Assembly: GCA_009914755.4 (NCBI GenBank)
Contig: CP086569.2
Span: 23,872,001-23,936,000 of the forward strand
Origin: the human T2T-CHM13v2.0 reference genome, Homo sapiens
Reading direction: 5' to 3'
Length of the DNA stretch: 64,000 bases
The notes under the pieces were generated by a model. That model saw only the letters and a program-made list of their open reading frames with translations. It did no database searches and was not told the DNA's origin. This document shows, piece by piece, positions 42,990 to 55,249 of this stretch (within the stretch, counting starts at the first letter, position 1; the number at the start of each line of letters is the position of its first letter). The position numbers were made by a program, and so were the translations under genes.

Positions 42990-43200
42990 ACTGTTTTTTT
43001 TTCTTTACTATTTCTTTCTCTCTCTTTCTCTCTTCAACTCCTTCTTTGTCTCTTCCTCTCTTTTTAACTCTCTCTTTGACTTTCTGTGTCTGTCCCTCTT
43101 TCTCTCTGACTCCTTCTCTTTGTCCCTCTGTTCCTTCCTCTCTCTCTCTCTTTCTCTGACTTTCTTTTTCTCTCCTTCTTGCTGGTCTTTCCCTACCTCT
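42990..43200. repeat. CT-rich (TCTC/TTCC-type) low-complexity tract inside the ERV9 3' internal region
   Basis: Direct reading: …TTTCTTTCTCTCTCTTTCTCTCTTCAACTCCTTCTTTGTCTCTTCCTCTC…. Confidence 0.8.
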
Positions 43201-43271
43201 GCCAGTCACTCATGCTGCTGTTCTCCCCTCTTCTTCCCATTTTGATGGCTTTGGCAGTGTAAGAGTGCCAC

Positions 43272-45210
43272 CTACTTGTGTTTTTGCATTGCATGCAATA
43301 ATTCTATAATTTCCTTGTGGCATTTAACAGGGGTTCCCCCAGAGGTTAGGAACTCCCTCTCTTTCCATATTGCAGCATGGGCATGTAGGATTAGATAAGC
43401 ATATTTGCTATCTGTATACACATTTATTCTTTTTCCCTTTCCCAGTTCTAAGGCTCGGGTAAGTGCCACTAGTGCTGCTAACTGGGCACTGGTCCCTGGG
43501 GGAAGAGGCTTACTTTCAAGTATGGATACATCACTAACTATGGCATAACCTGCCCTTCGTATCCCATTCTCCATAAATGAACTTCCGTCGGTATATAGGT
43601 TAAGGTCAGGATTAGTTAAAGGGACTTCTAAGAGATCATCTCAGGCGGCAAAAGTCTGGACTATAATTTGTTGGCAGTCATGCTCGATTGGTTCCCCATC
43701 CTCTGGGAGAAAAGTGGCAGGGTTGAGGGCCATGCACATGAGTATTTGAAGCGCCAGTCCCTCAAGGAGTAGCACCTGGTATCTAAGTAGGTGGTTGTCT
43801 GATAGCCACAAACTTCCTTTGGCACCTAGTATGCCATTTACATCATGAGTAGTCCAGACAGTGAGATCCTTTCCTTGTATTATTTTGATAGCCTCTGACA
43901 CTAAGACGGCCACTGCTGCAGCTACCCTTAAACAGTGAGGGCAGCCTTTTGCTACTACATCAATTTCCTTACCTAGGTATGCCCCTGGTTGTGGGGTTGT
44001 CCCACGAGTCTGAGTAATGACTCCAAGAGCTATCCTAGCTCTCTTTGTGAAGTATAAAGAGAAGTTTTGTCCTGTGGGAAGGCTTAAAGCTGGAGCTTCT
44101 ACTAGGGCCTGCTTTAAGGTTTTGAAGGCTGTTTCTGCCTCTGGTTCCCATTCTACTAGATGAGTATTTGCCTTCTGGGTTTCCTTGATTAGAGTATAGA
44201 GGGGCCTGGCTATCTTGTTGCATCTGGGGATCCACAGTCGGCAAAAGCCAGTAATTCCAAGGAACCCCGCAACTGTTTTAATGTTTTAGGGTGGGGATAA
44301 GCCAGTAGAGGCTGTATTCATTCCTTGCTGAGGGCCCTGGTCCCTCTGGCTAAGATTAGGCCTAGATATTTGACCTGCTCTAGGCAAAGCTGGGCCTTCG
44401 ACCTAGACACCTTGTACCCTTGATTAGCTAGAAAGTTCAAGAGATCTAGAGTAGCCTGCTGGCATGAGGCTTCCAAACTGGTAGCCAAAATAAATCATCC
44501 ACATACCAAAGGACCAGAGTGCCTGGACTTGAGAAGTGGCCAAGATCTTGGGCCAGTGCCTGATCAAACAGGTGAGGGCTATCCCTAAACCCTTGGGGCA
44601 AGACCGTCCATGTTAAGTTGGGACATGTGGTTTGTGGGATCCTCAAAGGCAAAGAGGAACTGGGAGTCAGAGTGCAGGGGAATACAGAAGAAGGCATCCT
44701 TGAGGTCCAGAAGCATGAACCATTTTGCTTCCTCTGGTATTTGAGAGCAGGGTATCGGGGTTGGGTACAACTGGATATAGAGGAATTACTGCCTCATTGA
44801 TGAGTCTAAGATCTTGCACTAGTCTCCACTGACCGTTTGCTTTTCCTACTCCTAGGATTGGGGTGTTGCAGGGATGGCTGCATTTCCTTACTGAGCCTTG
44901 AGCTTTCAAATGTTTAACAATATTCTGTAGCCCTTTATTAGCTTCAGGCCTTAAGGGATAGTCTTTGATAAGGAAAAGTGGTGGGATCTTTTAAACTGAT
45001 TTGGACTGGGTGGGCATTTTTTGCCCTTCCAAATTGTCCTTCCAATGCCCAGACTTCAGGGTTGATTCCCTCCTCAAGTAGGGGACAACAAATGGGTAAG
45101 TTCTTCCCCATATTCATGTAGATAATAGCTCCAGCCTTGGCTAATATACCCCTCCCTAATAAGGGTGTGGGACTTTCAGGCATAACAAGAAAGGGATGTG
45201 AAAAGACCAA
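43272..45210 (-). pseudogene. Retroviral pol remnant (protease C-terminus, reverse transcriptase, RNase H), frameshifted
   Basis: ORFs 44944-45210, 44667-44909, 44585-44770 and 44446-44697 overlap in different frames with RT motifs ([31 protein letters not shown]). ORFs 43641-43913 and 43272-43574 carry the connection and RNase H domains. Confidence 0.8.
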
Positions 45211-45961
45211 AGTCTCCCAATTACAACTCAGGAGGTGGGAGAAATACCTGGTAACAGGTTGTCCCAGGATTCCTCAGATGGTAACGGACCTTGAGGACAG
45301 TCGTCCAGGACCAGAGATTAACACTGAGAATGCCGCACCAGTGTCCAGGATGAAGTCAATTTCCGGGCCCTCAATAGTTAAACATACCCGGGGCTCAGTG
45401 TGGGTGATGGCATGAGCTGGTGCTTGCCCGGGGCACCCTCAGTCCTGTTGTTGGATTATCTGGTTGGGGGCTTCTGACCCAGGAAAACTTCATCCTCTGG
45501 GGCAGTGCACCTTCCAGTGATTGTCTCAGTGTAGTGGACATGGACGAGGGGGCAGCTTGTTTCTCATTGGACAATCTTTTTTAACGTGTCCTAGTAAGCC
45601 ACACTGATAACAAGCCCTACCAGGTGATTGGACTGCTCCATTTTCTGTCCTCTCTGAATCACCAAGGTTTGTTTATCTCAGGGCCAGGACTAAGGCTGCA
45701 GCCTTTCTCTGACCTCGCTTTTCCTTTTGGGCCTGTTCCTCTTGGTCCCTATTATAGAACGACGAGGTTTGCCAGGTTTAATAATGCCTCTAGATTTTGT
45801 TCAGGGCCCAGGGCTTGCTTTTGGAGCTTTCTCCTGATAGCTGTGGCTGATTGGGTAATAAATTTATCTTTTAGAATCAATTGACCCTCGAGGGATTCAG
45901 GCGAGAGGGGAGTATATATTCTTAAGACCTCTCGTAGCTGCTCGAGGAAGGCAGAAGGATT

Positions 45962-46643
45962 TTATTCCTTTCCCTGTGTTATGGTGGACATCACTGAATA
46001 ATTCATGGGCTTTTTTCTAATCCTCCGTAGTCCCTCTAGAACACAGGTCAACAGATGTTTACAACTCCAGTCCCCATGATCTGAGTCAAGGTCCCAGTGG
46101 GGATCCATACTGGGGATGGCTTGCTGACCAGTAGGGAATTTGTGCCTTTCTTCAGCTGTCATTCTATCATTTACTGACTAAGATACCAGGTATCTCCAAA
46201 CTCTCAGGCTGCAGCTAAAGCCACATTCTTTTCATTAAAGACCAGGGTTTGATCTAAGAGTAGCATGACATCTCTCCAAGCGAGGTCAAAGGTTTGCCCT
46301 AGACCCTGTAGGACATCTACGTACCTATCAGGATCATCTGAAAACTTCCCCAGGTCTGCCTTGATCTGCTTTAAATCAGAGAGGGAGAAGGGGACATGCA
46401 CCTGGGTTGGGCCAAGTTCTCTGCCCCCTACAGCTTGAAGGGGACATAACCGATTGCCTGGGGGGCGGGTTGTGGTCCTCTGGAGATTTCTTTGCTTATT
46501 TCCTTCTGGGCAGGGGAGATTAGAGGAGGATTATCATTCATAGGAAGGGGAGCTATAGGGAGGCTAGGATATGGGGGTAAGCTGAGAGGTCCTCCTGTGG
46601 GATGTAAATTGTAAGCTTTGCATAGTTGTGTATTCTCCCTCAA
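45962..46643 (-). pseudogene. Retroviral gag remnant (three short ORFs in different frames)
   Basis: ORF 46204-46401 (…PFSLSDLKQIKADLGKFSDDPDRYVDVLQGLGQTFDLAWRDVMLLLDQTLVFNEKNVALAAA) resembles the gammaretrovirus-like gag (PFSxxDLxNWK…FSEDP…) region, and sits upstream of pol on the minus strand. Confidence 0.55.
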
Positions 46644-48151
46644 TGAAAAGAAAGCTTGGACATAAGGTATTTCACTCCATTTGCCTTCCCTCTTACAGAA
46701 AAGGTCAGGATGCAGGATAGTATTGTAATTTCTACTTCCCTCACGTGGCCATTTTTCCCCATCAAAGAGGGAATATTGGGACCAAGCCGTAGTGCAGAAA
46801 AAAAATGAGCCACCTCTTTTTCAGGGTTTGTGGGTTAAATTGGTCCCAATGGTTTAGCATGCATTTCAAGGGTGAGCCTGTTGATGCCTGAGTGTTTCCC
46901 ATCTGAAAGACAAAACCGCCTGCGGTTTTGGTTTGTTTTGTTTCTCCCCCTGCCCTAGAACCCGCAACGGTCCCTGGACCCTGCTGATCAGAATAGTTGC
47001 ACTCACCAACGCATCAGCAGAAACAACCCCTGCCCAGGAACCCACAATGGTCCCTGGACCCTGCTGGTCAGAATAGTTGTGCTCACCGACGCTGCAGCGG
47101 AAACACTAGCTTTCCTTCCAGACCACATGGAGGACTGAGGAAGGTCGGTCCTTACCGATGCATTCTCAAAAACCTGCACCCTTGCCTGTCCTCCTAGACC
47201 ACAAAGAGGACAGACTGAGAAAAATCGGATTTAGTGGCCCTTACCGACACATTCTTAAAAACCTGTTAGAGTCCTAAGCATTCACCTTTTAGTGTTGGGA
47301 CTTTACCCCTGTCCTATACAGATGTTATGCCCCAAAAATGAAGTGGAGGGCCATACCCTGAGGGAGGGAGGGGATCTCCAGGGTGGAAGAGTGACACATT
47401 TTGTCCTCACTTACATGAATAGGAAGGATACAATTTCTGAGGCTCCCCATATCCTAGCTTCAGGAATAGTTTTTGTTAGGCCTATTAGTCGGAGGAGGGA
47501 TCCTAAAATTCCAGGTAGTCCCCACTACGACAGGGCTTTGGGCAAAAGTTATGTCTTTCTGATTGGTGAGCCCAGGTGCCTGAAGAAAGTAACAGAGTCC
47601 TGGACTTTATACTAGAAATCATTCTTATAGGAGAAACTAGAAAAGCACCAGAGACAGGTAACAATTTTTAGAAGGAGGACTAACCTCAGAGAAGAGAGTC
47701 AAGAGGAAGTTTGTGTGGCAAGCATTTGGACACAGAGGGCAAGGGTCAGGGATAGATAAGATAGATGGGTGAGTCTCGCTTGGGCGACATGCCTTTGAGA
47801 GTTCCACTCATGGCCGTAGGGTCAACCAACGTGTTGTCGGGACCCCGGAGCTGAATGGCTTTCCTCTCTGTTGACCCTCGGCTGAGCCCAGAAGTACAGG
47901 AAAAGCAGAAGCTTGTTCTAGGCAAACCAACGCTCCCAACTCCGAAGAGCTGGGGGTTGTTAGAGAGCCCATTTCCAGAAAGCCTGACACCCGTGTCTTT
48001 AGTCCGGTGGCCACACTAGTCGCTTTTAGCTGGCCGACAGGTGCCCGATATTTAACCCCCGAATTCTAAGGAAAATAGGATAGAATAGCAAGTGAAAGGG
48101 GTCTGATGGTACTCACTGCTTGGTGACAGGCGACAGTCTCACCGCTTGGCG

Positions 48152-48175
48152 ATAGTCCCTTCGTGGTCACCAAAA
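48152..48175 (-). other. Candidate primer-binding site adjacent to the 5' LTR U5 end (TTT + TGGTGACCACGAAGGGAC on the minus strand), tRNA-Arg-like as expected for ERV9
   Basis: Plus strand GTCCCTTCGTGGTCACCAAAA immediately precedes TGTGTCCGGAATTGG, the reverse complement of the LTR12 U5 terminus …CCAATTCCGGACACA. The PBS begins with TGGTGACC, as in tRNA-Arg-primed ERVs. Confidence 0.5.
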
Positions 48176-50050
48176 TGTGTCCGGAATTGGTGGGTTCTTG
48201 GTCTCACTGACTTCAAGAATGAAGCCGTGGACCCTTGTGGTGAGTGTTACAGTTCTTAAAGGCAGCATGTCCGGAGATTTTCCCTTCTGGTGTGCGGATG
48301 TGTTTGGAGTTTCTTCCTTCTGGTGGGTTTGTGGTCTCGCTGGCTGATGAGTGAAGCTGCAGACTTTCGCGGTGAGTGTTACAGCACTTAAGGCAGCACG
48401 TCTGGAGTTGTTCGTTCCTCCCAGTGGGTTCATGGTCTCGCTGGCTTCAGGAGTGAAGCTCCAGACCTTTGCAGTGAGTGTCACAGCTCATAAAGGCAGT
48501 GTGGACCCAAAGAGTGAGCAGTAGCAAGATTTATTGCAAAGAGCAAAAGAACAAAGCTTCCACAGAGTGGAAGGGGACCCGAGCAGGTTGCCACTGTGGG
48601 CTCAGGCAGCCTGCTTTTATTCTGTTATCTGACCCCACCCACATCCTGCTGATTGGTCCATTTTAGAGAGAGCCGATTGGTCTGTTTTACAGAGAGCCAA
48701 TTGGTCTGTTTTACAGAGAGCTGATTGGTCTGTTTTGACAGGGTGCCGATTGGTGCATTTACAATCCCTGAGCTAGACGCAAATGTTCTCCACCTCCCCA
48801 CTAGATTAGCTAGATACAGAGTGTCGATTGGTGTATTTACAAACCCTGAGCTAGACACAGAGTGCTGATTGGTGCATTTACAAACCTTGAGCTAGATACA
48901 GAGTGCCGACTGGTGCATTCACAATCCCTTAGCTAGACATAAAGATTTTCCAAGTCCCCACCAGATTAGCTAGATACAGAGCTCTGATTTGGTGCATTTA
49001 CAAACCTTGAGCTAGACACAGAGTGTGGACTGGTGCAGTCACAATCCCTTAGCTGGACATAAAGATGCTCCAAGTCCCCACCAGATTAGCTAGATACAGA
49101 GTGTCGGTTGGTGCATCCACAAACCCTGAGCTAGACAAAGGGTGCTGACTGGTGTGTTCACAAACCTTGAGCTAGACACAGAGTGCTCATTGGTGCACTC
49201 ACAATCCCTTAGCTAGACACAAAGGTTCTCCAAGTCCCCACTAGATTCAGGAGCCCAGCTGGCCTCACCCAGTGGATTTCACACCGGGAGGCAGGTGGAG
49301 CTGCCCACCAGTCCCTCACCATGCACCCACACTCCTCAGCCCTTGAGTGGTCAATGGGACCGGGTGCCCTTGAACAGGGGGCGGTGCTCACTGGGGAGGC
49401 TCAGGCCAGGCAGGAACCCATGGTGGGGAGGGGGGGTGATGGCGGGGACTGAGGGGGGTGGCAGGAGGGATTGGGTGGGTGGGAGCGGTTGGGGGGGGCG
49501 GTTTTGTGAGGACAGCGGCGGAGGGCGGGCGGCGGTACGGGTGTGGAGCCTCAGGCATGGGGGGCTGCACGTCTGGAGCCCTACCGCACGGGGAGGCAGC
49601 TAAGGCCCGGCGAGAAATCGAGGGCAGCACCAGTGGGCCAGCCGTGCTGGGGGACCCGGTGCACCCTCACAGCTGCTGGCCTGGGTGCTAAGCACCTCAC
49701 TGCCTGGGTACAGCAGGGCCGTCTGGCTGGCTGCTCCGAGTGCGGGCCTGCCAAGCCCACACCCACCCGGAACTCAAGCGGGCCCGCAAGCGCCGGGAGC
49801 AGCCCCGGATCCCCCCGCCGTGCCTCCCCCTCCATACCTCCCACAAGCGGAGGGAGCCGCCTCCAGCCTCGGCCAGCCCAGAGAAGAGCTCCCATGGTGC
49901 AGCGGCAGGCTGAAGGGCTCCTCAAGTGCAGCCAGAATGAGCACTGGGGCCGGGGAGGCACCGCGAGCAAGCGAGGGCTGCCAGCACGCTGTCACCTCTC
50001 ACTAAGACAGAGATTCTCAAGTTTTTCCAGTTCACAGCTCCCCTAGTATC
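48176..50050 (-). mobile_element. LTR12-type (ERV9) LTR; the 5' LTR of the minus-strand provirus (U5, R, CCAAT tandem repeats, GC-rich U3)
   Basis: 48176-48610 is the reverse complement of U5/R (…GCAGCCTGCTTTTATTCTGTTATCTGACCCCACCCACATCCTGCTGATTGGTCC…; the polyadenylation signal appears as TTTATT). 48640-49260 is the ATTGG tandem-repeat block. 49260-50046 is the GC-rich U3, ending CTCACTAAGACAGAGATTCTCAAGTTTTTCCAGTTCACAGCTCCCC, which is the reverse complement of LTR12 …GGAGCTGTGAACTGGAAAAACTTGAGAATCTCTGTCTTAGTGAG. Confidence 0.85.
48640..49260 (-). promoter_or_regulatory. LTR12 U3 enhancer tandem repeats: ~13 ATTGG (CCAAT-box) units, fewer than in the 3' LTR
   Basis: Repeated …CTGATTGGTCCATTTTAGAGAGAGCCGATTGGTCTGTTTTACAGAGAGCCAATTGG… then …GCTAGACACAGAGTGCTGATTGGTGCATTTACAAACCTTGAGCTAGATACAGAGTGCC…. 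Confidence 0.7.
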
Positions 50051-50181
50051 TCTATAATTTTTTCATGGCACATACAGGTCAAAATAAATACCCCAAAATT
50101 TGTTTATGAATTAGTCAGGCCCAAATAATTTACCAATTATTTATGTCCTGAAAACACAGTGGCCACTTCAGGAAAAAATAA

Positions 50182-50552
<371 letters not shown>

Positions 50553-52289
50553 ACAATTTCTTAATAATGTGAGGTGTGTGCCTGTTGGGCACTGAACAAT
50601 TACTCAGACCTTGGACTCAGATTGGATACTGCCATTCTCATTTCCTATTTCACGTTGATTTTTTTCACAATGCGTCTTTTTTATCATAGCAACTGTCTGA
50701 AACTCAGATACTGTGCAAAACCATCAAAACCAGTGTTTTTGCACAGTATCTGACGGATGTTAATGAGTTTCCTTCAAAAGTCTAAACTACCTTGCAGTGT
50801 TCTGATGTGTTCACTGAGGCACCTCAGAGAGCCTCAGCAACAATTTGAGAACCATGGCATACAAGTCACCATGCTATGTCTAGATATGGCTGTGCTGGAG
50901 GAGTAATGCCTTCTAACCTGCCTAGCAGTCACTTCCTCTGTCCTTTACAGGCTCCTGTGTCATGCCAGGAGGACAAAGGGCTGATGATTTGACCAGCAGT
51001 TTCCTGGCTACCATTCCTCAGCCAGGAGGAACCAAGCTTCCCAACATGAAGCAAAACCAAACCCATTTAAAAAGTAAAGGTGATGATGGTAGGCTCCTGC
51101 ATGTTTTCTGAAATTACCTATATTCCTCTCATCCTGTGCTCACAGGCATGTGACATAGGTAAGACTGAAAACTGGATTGAATTGTGAGGAAAGAACAAGT
51201 TTTCCCCAGCTCCCAAGCACGTCCCATCTGAATACTGGAAACTATGTGTAAATCTTAAACAGCAGGGTGTGGAGGAGAATCCGTTCAAATTAGAGTCGAA
51301 TGTTATGAAGACATCCCAGGATCCTCCTGGGGAAGGAGATCTGAACCATCAGGCACCTGAAGAACTGCTTGGTGGCGAGGTAGTGTCGAGGCATTTCAGT
51401 GTGGTTAGTGCTACACATAGCCTCTATGCAGATGGGTGAGAAGCCTGATTGTCTTTGACTAAGACTGAATTTGGTTCCACTTCAAACTCTTATTCTACTG
51501 CATGGTAGAAATGAAATAGCAGGCAGTTCAGGCTTTCCCATGATGTTACACAAAACAATATGAAATTGCTGCTATTTGATCATTTCTAAACTATAAAAAT
51601 TGCAACTACATATGGCCCAGATGATAATTTGTCTCCATCACTCCCAGGGTTTGTGACAGTCATGATCCCAGGGGCCACCTGGTTTCCATCACCACCCACT
51701 CTGTTGTGCCTCCGAGATGTCCTTGCTCTCCTATGCTCTCCATCACTGGTCCACGAAGACCTCATCTGCCTTAGCCCCATCAGCCAGGGCTTTCTGAGGC
51801 TGGAGTGAATCATCTCAGCAATTCCCACATCTCCCTTGGGTGCTGCTATGAAAGGTCTGTGACAGGAATGAGGCACAGTCCCTTTTCTCAGTGACATTTA
51901 CCAACAGCCAAACTCTCGTGGTCCCTAGTCTCTGTTCTCTCCCGCTCTCTGGAGTGAGAAGAACCAGTTCTTCCAACTTTATTTACTCTTCCAAGTCAAA
52001 TGCTTCTGGCATCAACTTAGTACCTGAACTGTAAGGGTCAGGGTTTTAAGCTCCTGCATCTCAAACCTTTGGTGTGGAAACAGAAAACATGAGTTTCTCT
52101 TCATATTCCCCAGCATCCCTCCTTTTAGACAGCAGATACCTCCCAGTGTAGCTCCAATGGGAGAAAGCCCTTGGGGTGAAAATAGTGAGGAAATCAGGAC
52201 CCGCGCATCACCTTGGTGTGCAGTGGGTGTCTGGCTCCTCTCATGCCTGGGTCTTGTCCAGGTGTGTGGGATGCTCCTGACAGGGAAAG

Positions 52290-52385
52290 TCCTGACCTCT
52301 CATTTCCAAGCTGTGTAACCCTGGGCAAGCCACTGACCTCTCTCCAAACATCAGTTTCCTCAGGCCCTCAGAGTTAGAAAACATA
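52290..52385 (+). mobile_element. MIR fragment
   Basis: …AGCTGTGTAACCCTGGGCAAGCCACTGACCTCTCTCCAAACATCAGTTTCCTCAGGCCCTCAG… resembles MIR …CTGTGTGACCTTGGGCAAGTTACTTAACCTCTCTGAGCCTCAGTTTCCTCATC. Confidence 0.5.
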
Positions 52386-53439
52386 CTGCCAGCAGGCCCA
52401 AGGCTCATCCTGTATGGTCAAATACAGTCAAGCAGAGAGAGAAAAATCTTCTGGATTCAATGCAAATGCAACAACTTCCTGTTGCATTAGGAGTAGCAAG
52501 ACTGGCTGGCTTTCTAAAAGCTTAGAGATATTATTTTTGAAGCTATCTGTGTATACTTTATTCCCTTTCATACATACCCCTCCTGGCTGACCCAAATGAA
52601 AAAAGATACGAAACTCGTTTCTGGCCCGGCTCTTGCCTGCTCAGATGGAATGTGTGGTGATACGCCCATTTTTCCGCTCAGCTGTATTCCTGTTTATTCC
52701 TGTGAACACATGGTCTCTGTAATTGGCAATAATTTTTTTCTTTGGGATATTTACCTTCCTTTTGTGGGACAGCCCAGATTCTTGGGTGGATTCGTTTCCC
52801 ACTGAATTACCAGAAAAGGGCACAATGTGATTGGGAGAACTACGTGGAAGAAAGCTCAGCTCCCAGGCCGTCACACAAGCAACTCTGTGCTCCCATCTAT
52901 GTCAGAGCCTGGGGACTATGAGGAGATTGCAACGGAACATCCTGTCCCCTCCACCAACATTCTTTCCCCACGAAGCAGTGGCATTTTCTTTTGTGTTCTC
53001 ACACAATTCAGACTAGGTGGAGTAGCCTGTACGGAATGACTGGAATGACCCTACTGAGCAGAAGTGTTCCCCTTCTCCCTTGCCAAAACTGTGGGCTGAG
53101 AGAGAACCCGCCTGATAGCCCCCTGCTTTGGAGGTGTTTCTGCGGTGGTCCTTTTAAAAAGGGTGTATTCGGGGCATGGGTTGAAACACCAAGCAAGTGT
53201 AAATCACAGGCTTCACACACTTGCCTTTTGGGAGGCAGGTCAGCTCCAACCTGCAGCAGCTGAGAAAGAATACATAGGGGTCCTTGAGGACAGAGAGCTT
53301 TGTTGATGACCAGCCTTAGGGTATAGGAGAAAGAGAAAGGCCGGAGCAGCCACAGCCACTTCTCTGTGCCCAGCAGTGTAGCCACCCGCCTAGCAATGCT
53401 CCAGCCATGCAGAATGGGCCTGCCTCCTCTCTGCCTTGT

Positions 53440-53640
53440 CCTGAGGATGGAGATATCTCTGACCTGGAGGTCCTAGGACCTCACTTCCTAAATGTGTGAC
53501 CCTAGATAAGTTGCTTAACCTCTACCGGAACCTCAATTTCATCATCTGTAAAACAAGAATAATCAACCCACCTACCTCATAGGGTTGTTTTGATACTTAA
53601 ATGAGACAAAGCATGTGTCTAAGGGTTTTCTGATTCGTAA
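53440..53640 (+). mobile_element. MIR
   Basis: …CCTAGATAAGTTGCTTAACCTCTACCGGAACCTCAATTTCATCATCTGTAAAACAAGAATAATCAACCCACCTACCTCATAGGGTTGTTTTGATACTTAAATGAGACAAAGCATGTG… closely follows the MIR core. Confidence 0.7.
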
Positions 53641-55249
53641 AACACCACAGGTGTATAAGGATTGTTTTCCTGACTTATCTTAGGACCTTTTGAAAGAGAC
53701 CTTCAATAAGAGACCTTCAATAAGTTCTCTAAGTTCAACCTCTACTATGCACAATCCTGAAAGGTCGTCTACCCTCTGCTTGAATCCTTGCTATTATGGG
53801 AAACTTACTACCTTTCTTTGAGGAAAAACTCACTACCACAAAGCCCTATGACTTGAGCTTCCTCTGGTTAAATCACAGCCATCTCACATAAGCTCCAGAG
53901 TAAATGGGAAGGGAGAACCTGACTCATCCAGCAATAGCAGAAAGATCATCACGTAGATTGTGTTGTTCTGCTATTTACAGATATTTGTGAAAAACCTGAA
54001 GTCAGTGTCATTCATCTTCCCTTTTGAAGGTTAAGTGTGTTTGTTTTTGTTTTTGTGACCAGAAATACATTAAAATTGGATTAGGAGCCATGTGCAGAAA
54101 AATTCACTGATGCTCAGTGCAGTGTATTCATTGTATAAACATGGAATAAAATGTTTGTCCCAAGATTATTTCACTTTGTCCACTTAGAAAGATTTCCTGT
54201 GACTTGCATAAATGTGGAAGAAAGCGTCTTCATTTCTTTTTAGCCAGGATCATTTGATGACATTTTGAAATGTCAGGGAGACTCTTAACTTAAATCTGAC
54301 CTACAAAGGGCCATTGAGAACAGTGAAGTGTGCCCCCAAAGCCAAAAACTTTGTATAGCTTTAATTTCAGTACAGAGGTAAATCGACTTCTGCTTTTGGA
54401 TTTAAGATTTGGCAAGCATGTGAAATTAAGTATCACTAAGGGGGACTTTTTACAGAGGGAAGCTAGGAGATTATGAGTGTTAGGGCTTACAGATTTAATC
54501 TGCAATTAGCATAAACATGCAAAGGTCACCCTAAAGAGATGCATGCCCCTGTGATCTGTAGGGGTAGCTGTCAGAAGTAGAGAGAAACGGCAAACAGAGT
54601 TTTGCAAACAAATGTGTGGTGGGGATTCAGGTTTTCATGTACGTGTTGCATCTGTGGCCTAGAAGATATCAGACACATGGCCTAGGAGAAATCAAGGGTG
54701 AGAAGTCACCAGCCCACAGAGAAGATATCACTAACCTTGAGGCTAACAGAAGTAAATGACAGCTTGTGGCAGCAGCTGTTGGTCACCAACTCAACAGTGA
54801 TTACCTCCTTCTTCTTTGTTAACAGAAAATGATTTCTGTTCAGGAACTGAGCAGCAGATAGTTTTTAGAATCTGGACCCCATTGAAGTTTCAAGGTGTCA
54901 ACCTTGATTAGTCTGTGTCCAAAATTGTAGTTCTGTGTCCCTTGTTAGTGATTGGTTTACGATGGGGCATGTGCCACAATTCTGATCAATGAGAAGTCTG
55001 CTAGAGGTACTTCTAGAAGAGTTTTCCTTACTTTTAAAAAAGAAGAAACCAAAGAGACTTTCTGTTTCTGTCATTTGGATGTTGCTGGGAGATAATGTGA
55101 TGCTTGGAGCTGTTGCGGCCATTTTGCAACCATGAGGGGAGGACCCTGAGGCAAAGGCAACATGCTTAGGGTAACAGAATAGGAACATTGACAAATCTAG
55201 ACTCCGTATTAGGTTGATGTGCTAAACCAATCAGTGCCAGTACTGCCTC

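Larger units (their letters stand above)
42571..48151 (-). mobile_element. ERV9/HERV9 internal region in minus orientation: leader (with tandem repeats), gag remnant, protease, RT, RNase H; integrase and env largely absent
   Basis: Minus-strand ORFs in retroviral order from high to low coordinate: gag-like 46643-45962; PR/RT 45210-44446 including the YVDD motif (…[15 protein letters not shown]…) and …[13 protein letters not shown]…; RNase H 43574-43272 (…PPGTSAQLAALVALTRALELGKGKRINVYTDSKYAY…TSGGTPVKCHKEIIELL…), which aligns to gammaretroviral RNase H. Confidence 0.8.

Noticed and set aside
43272-46643. Retroviral gag/pol ORFs as expressed proteins
   Set aside because: The reading frame is broken into at least 8 short pieces in different frames (longest ~100 aa). 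These are provirus remnants, not intact CDS.
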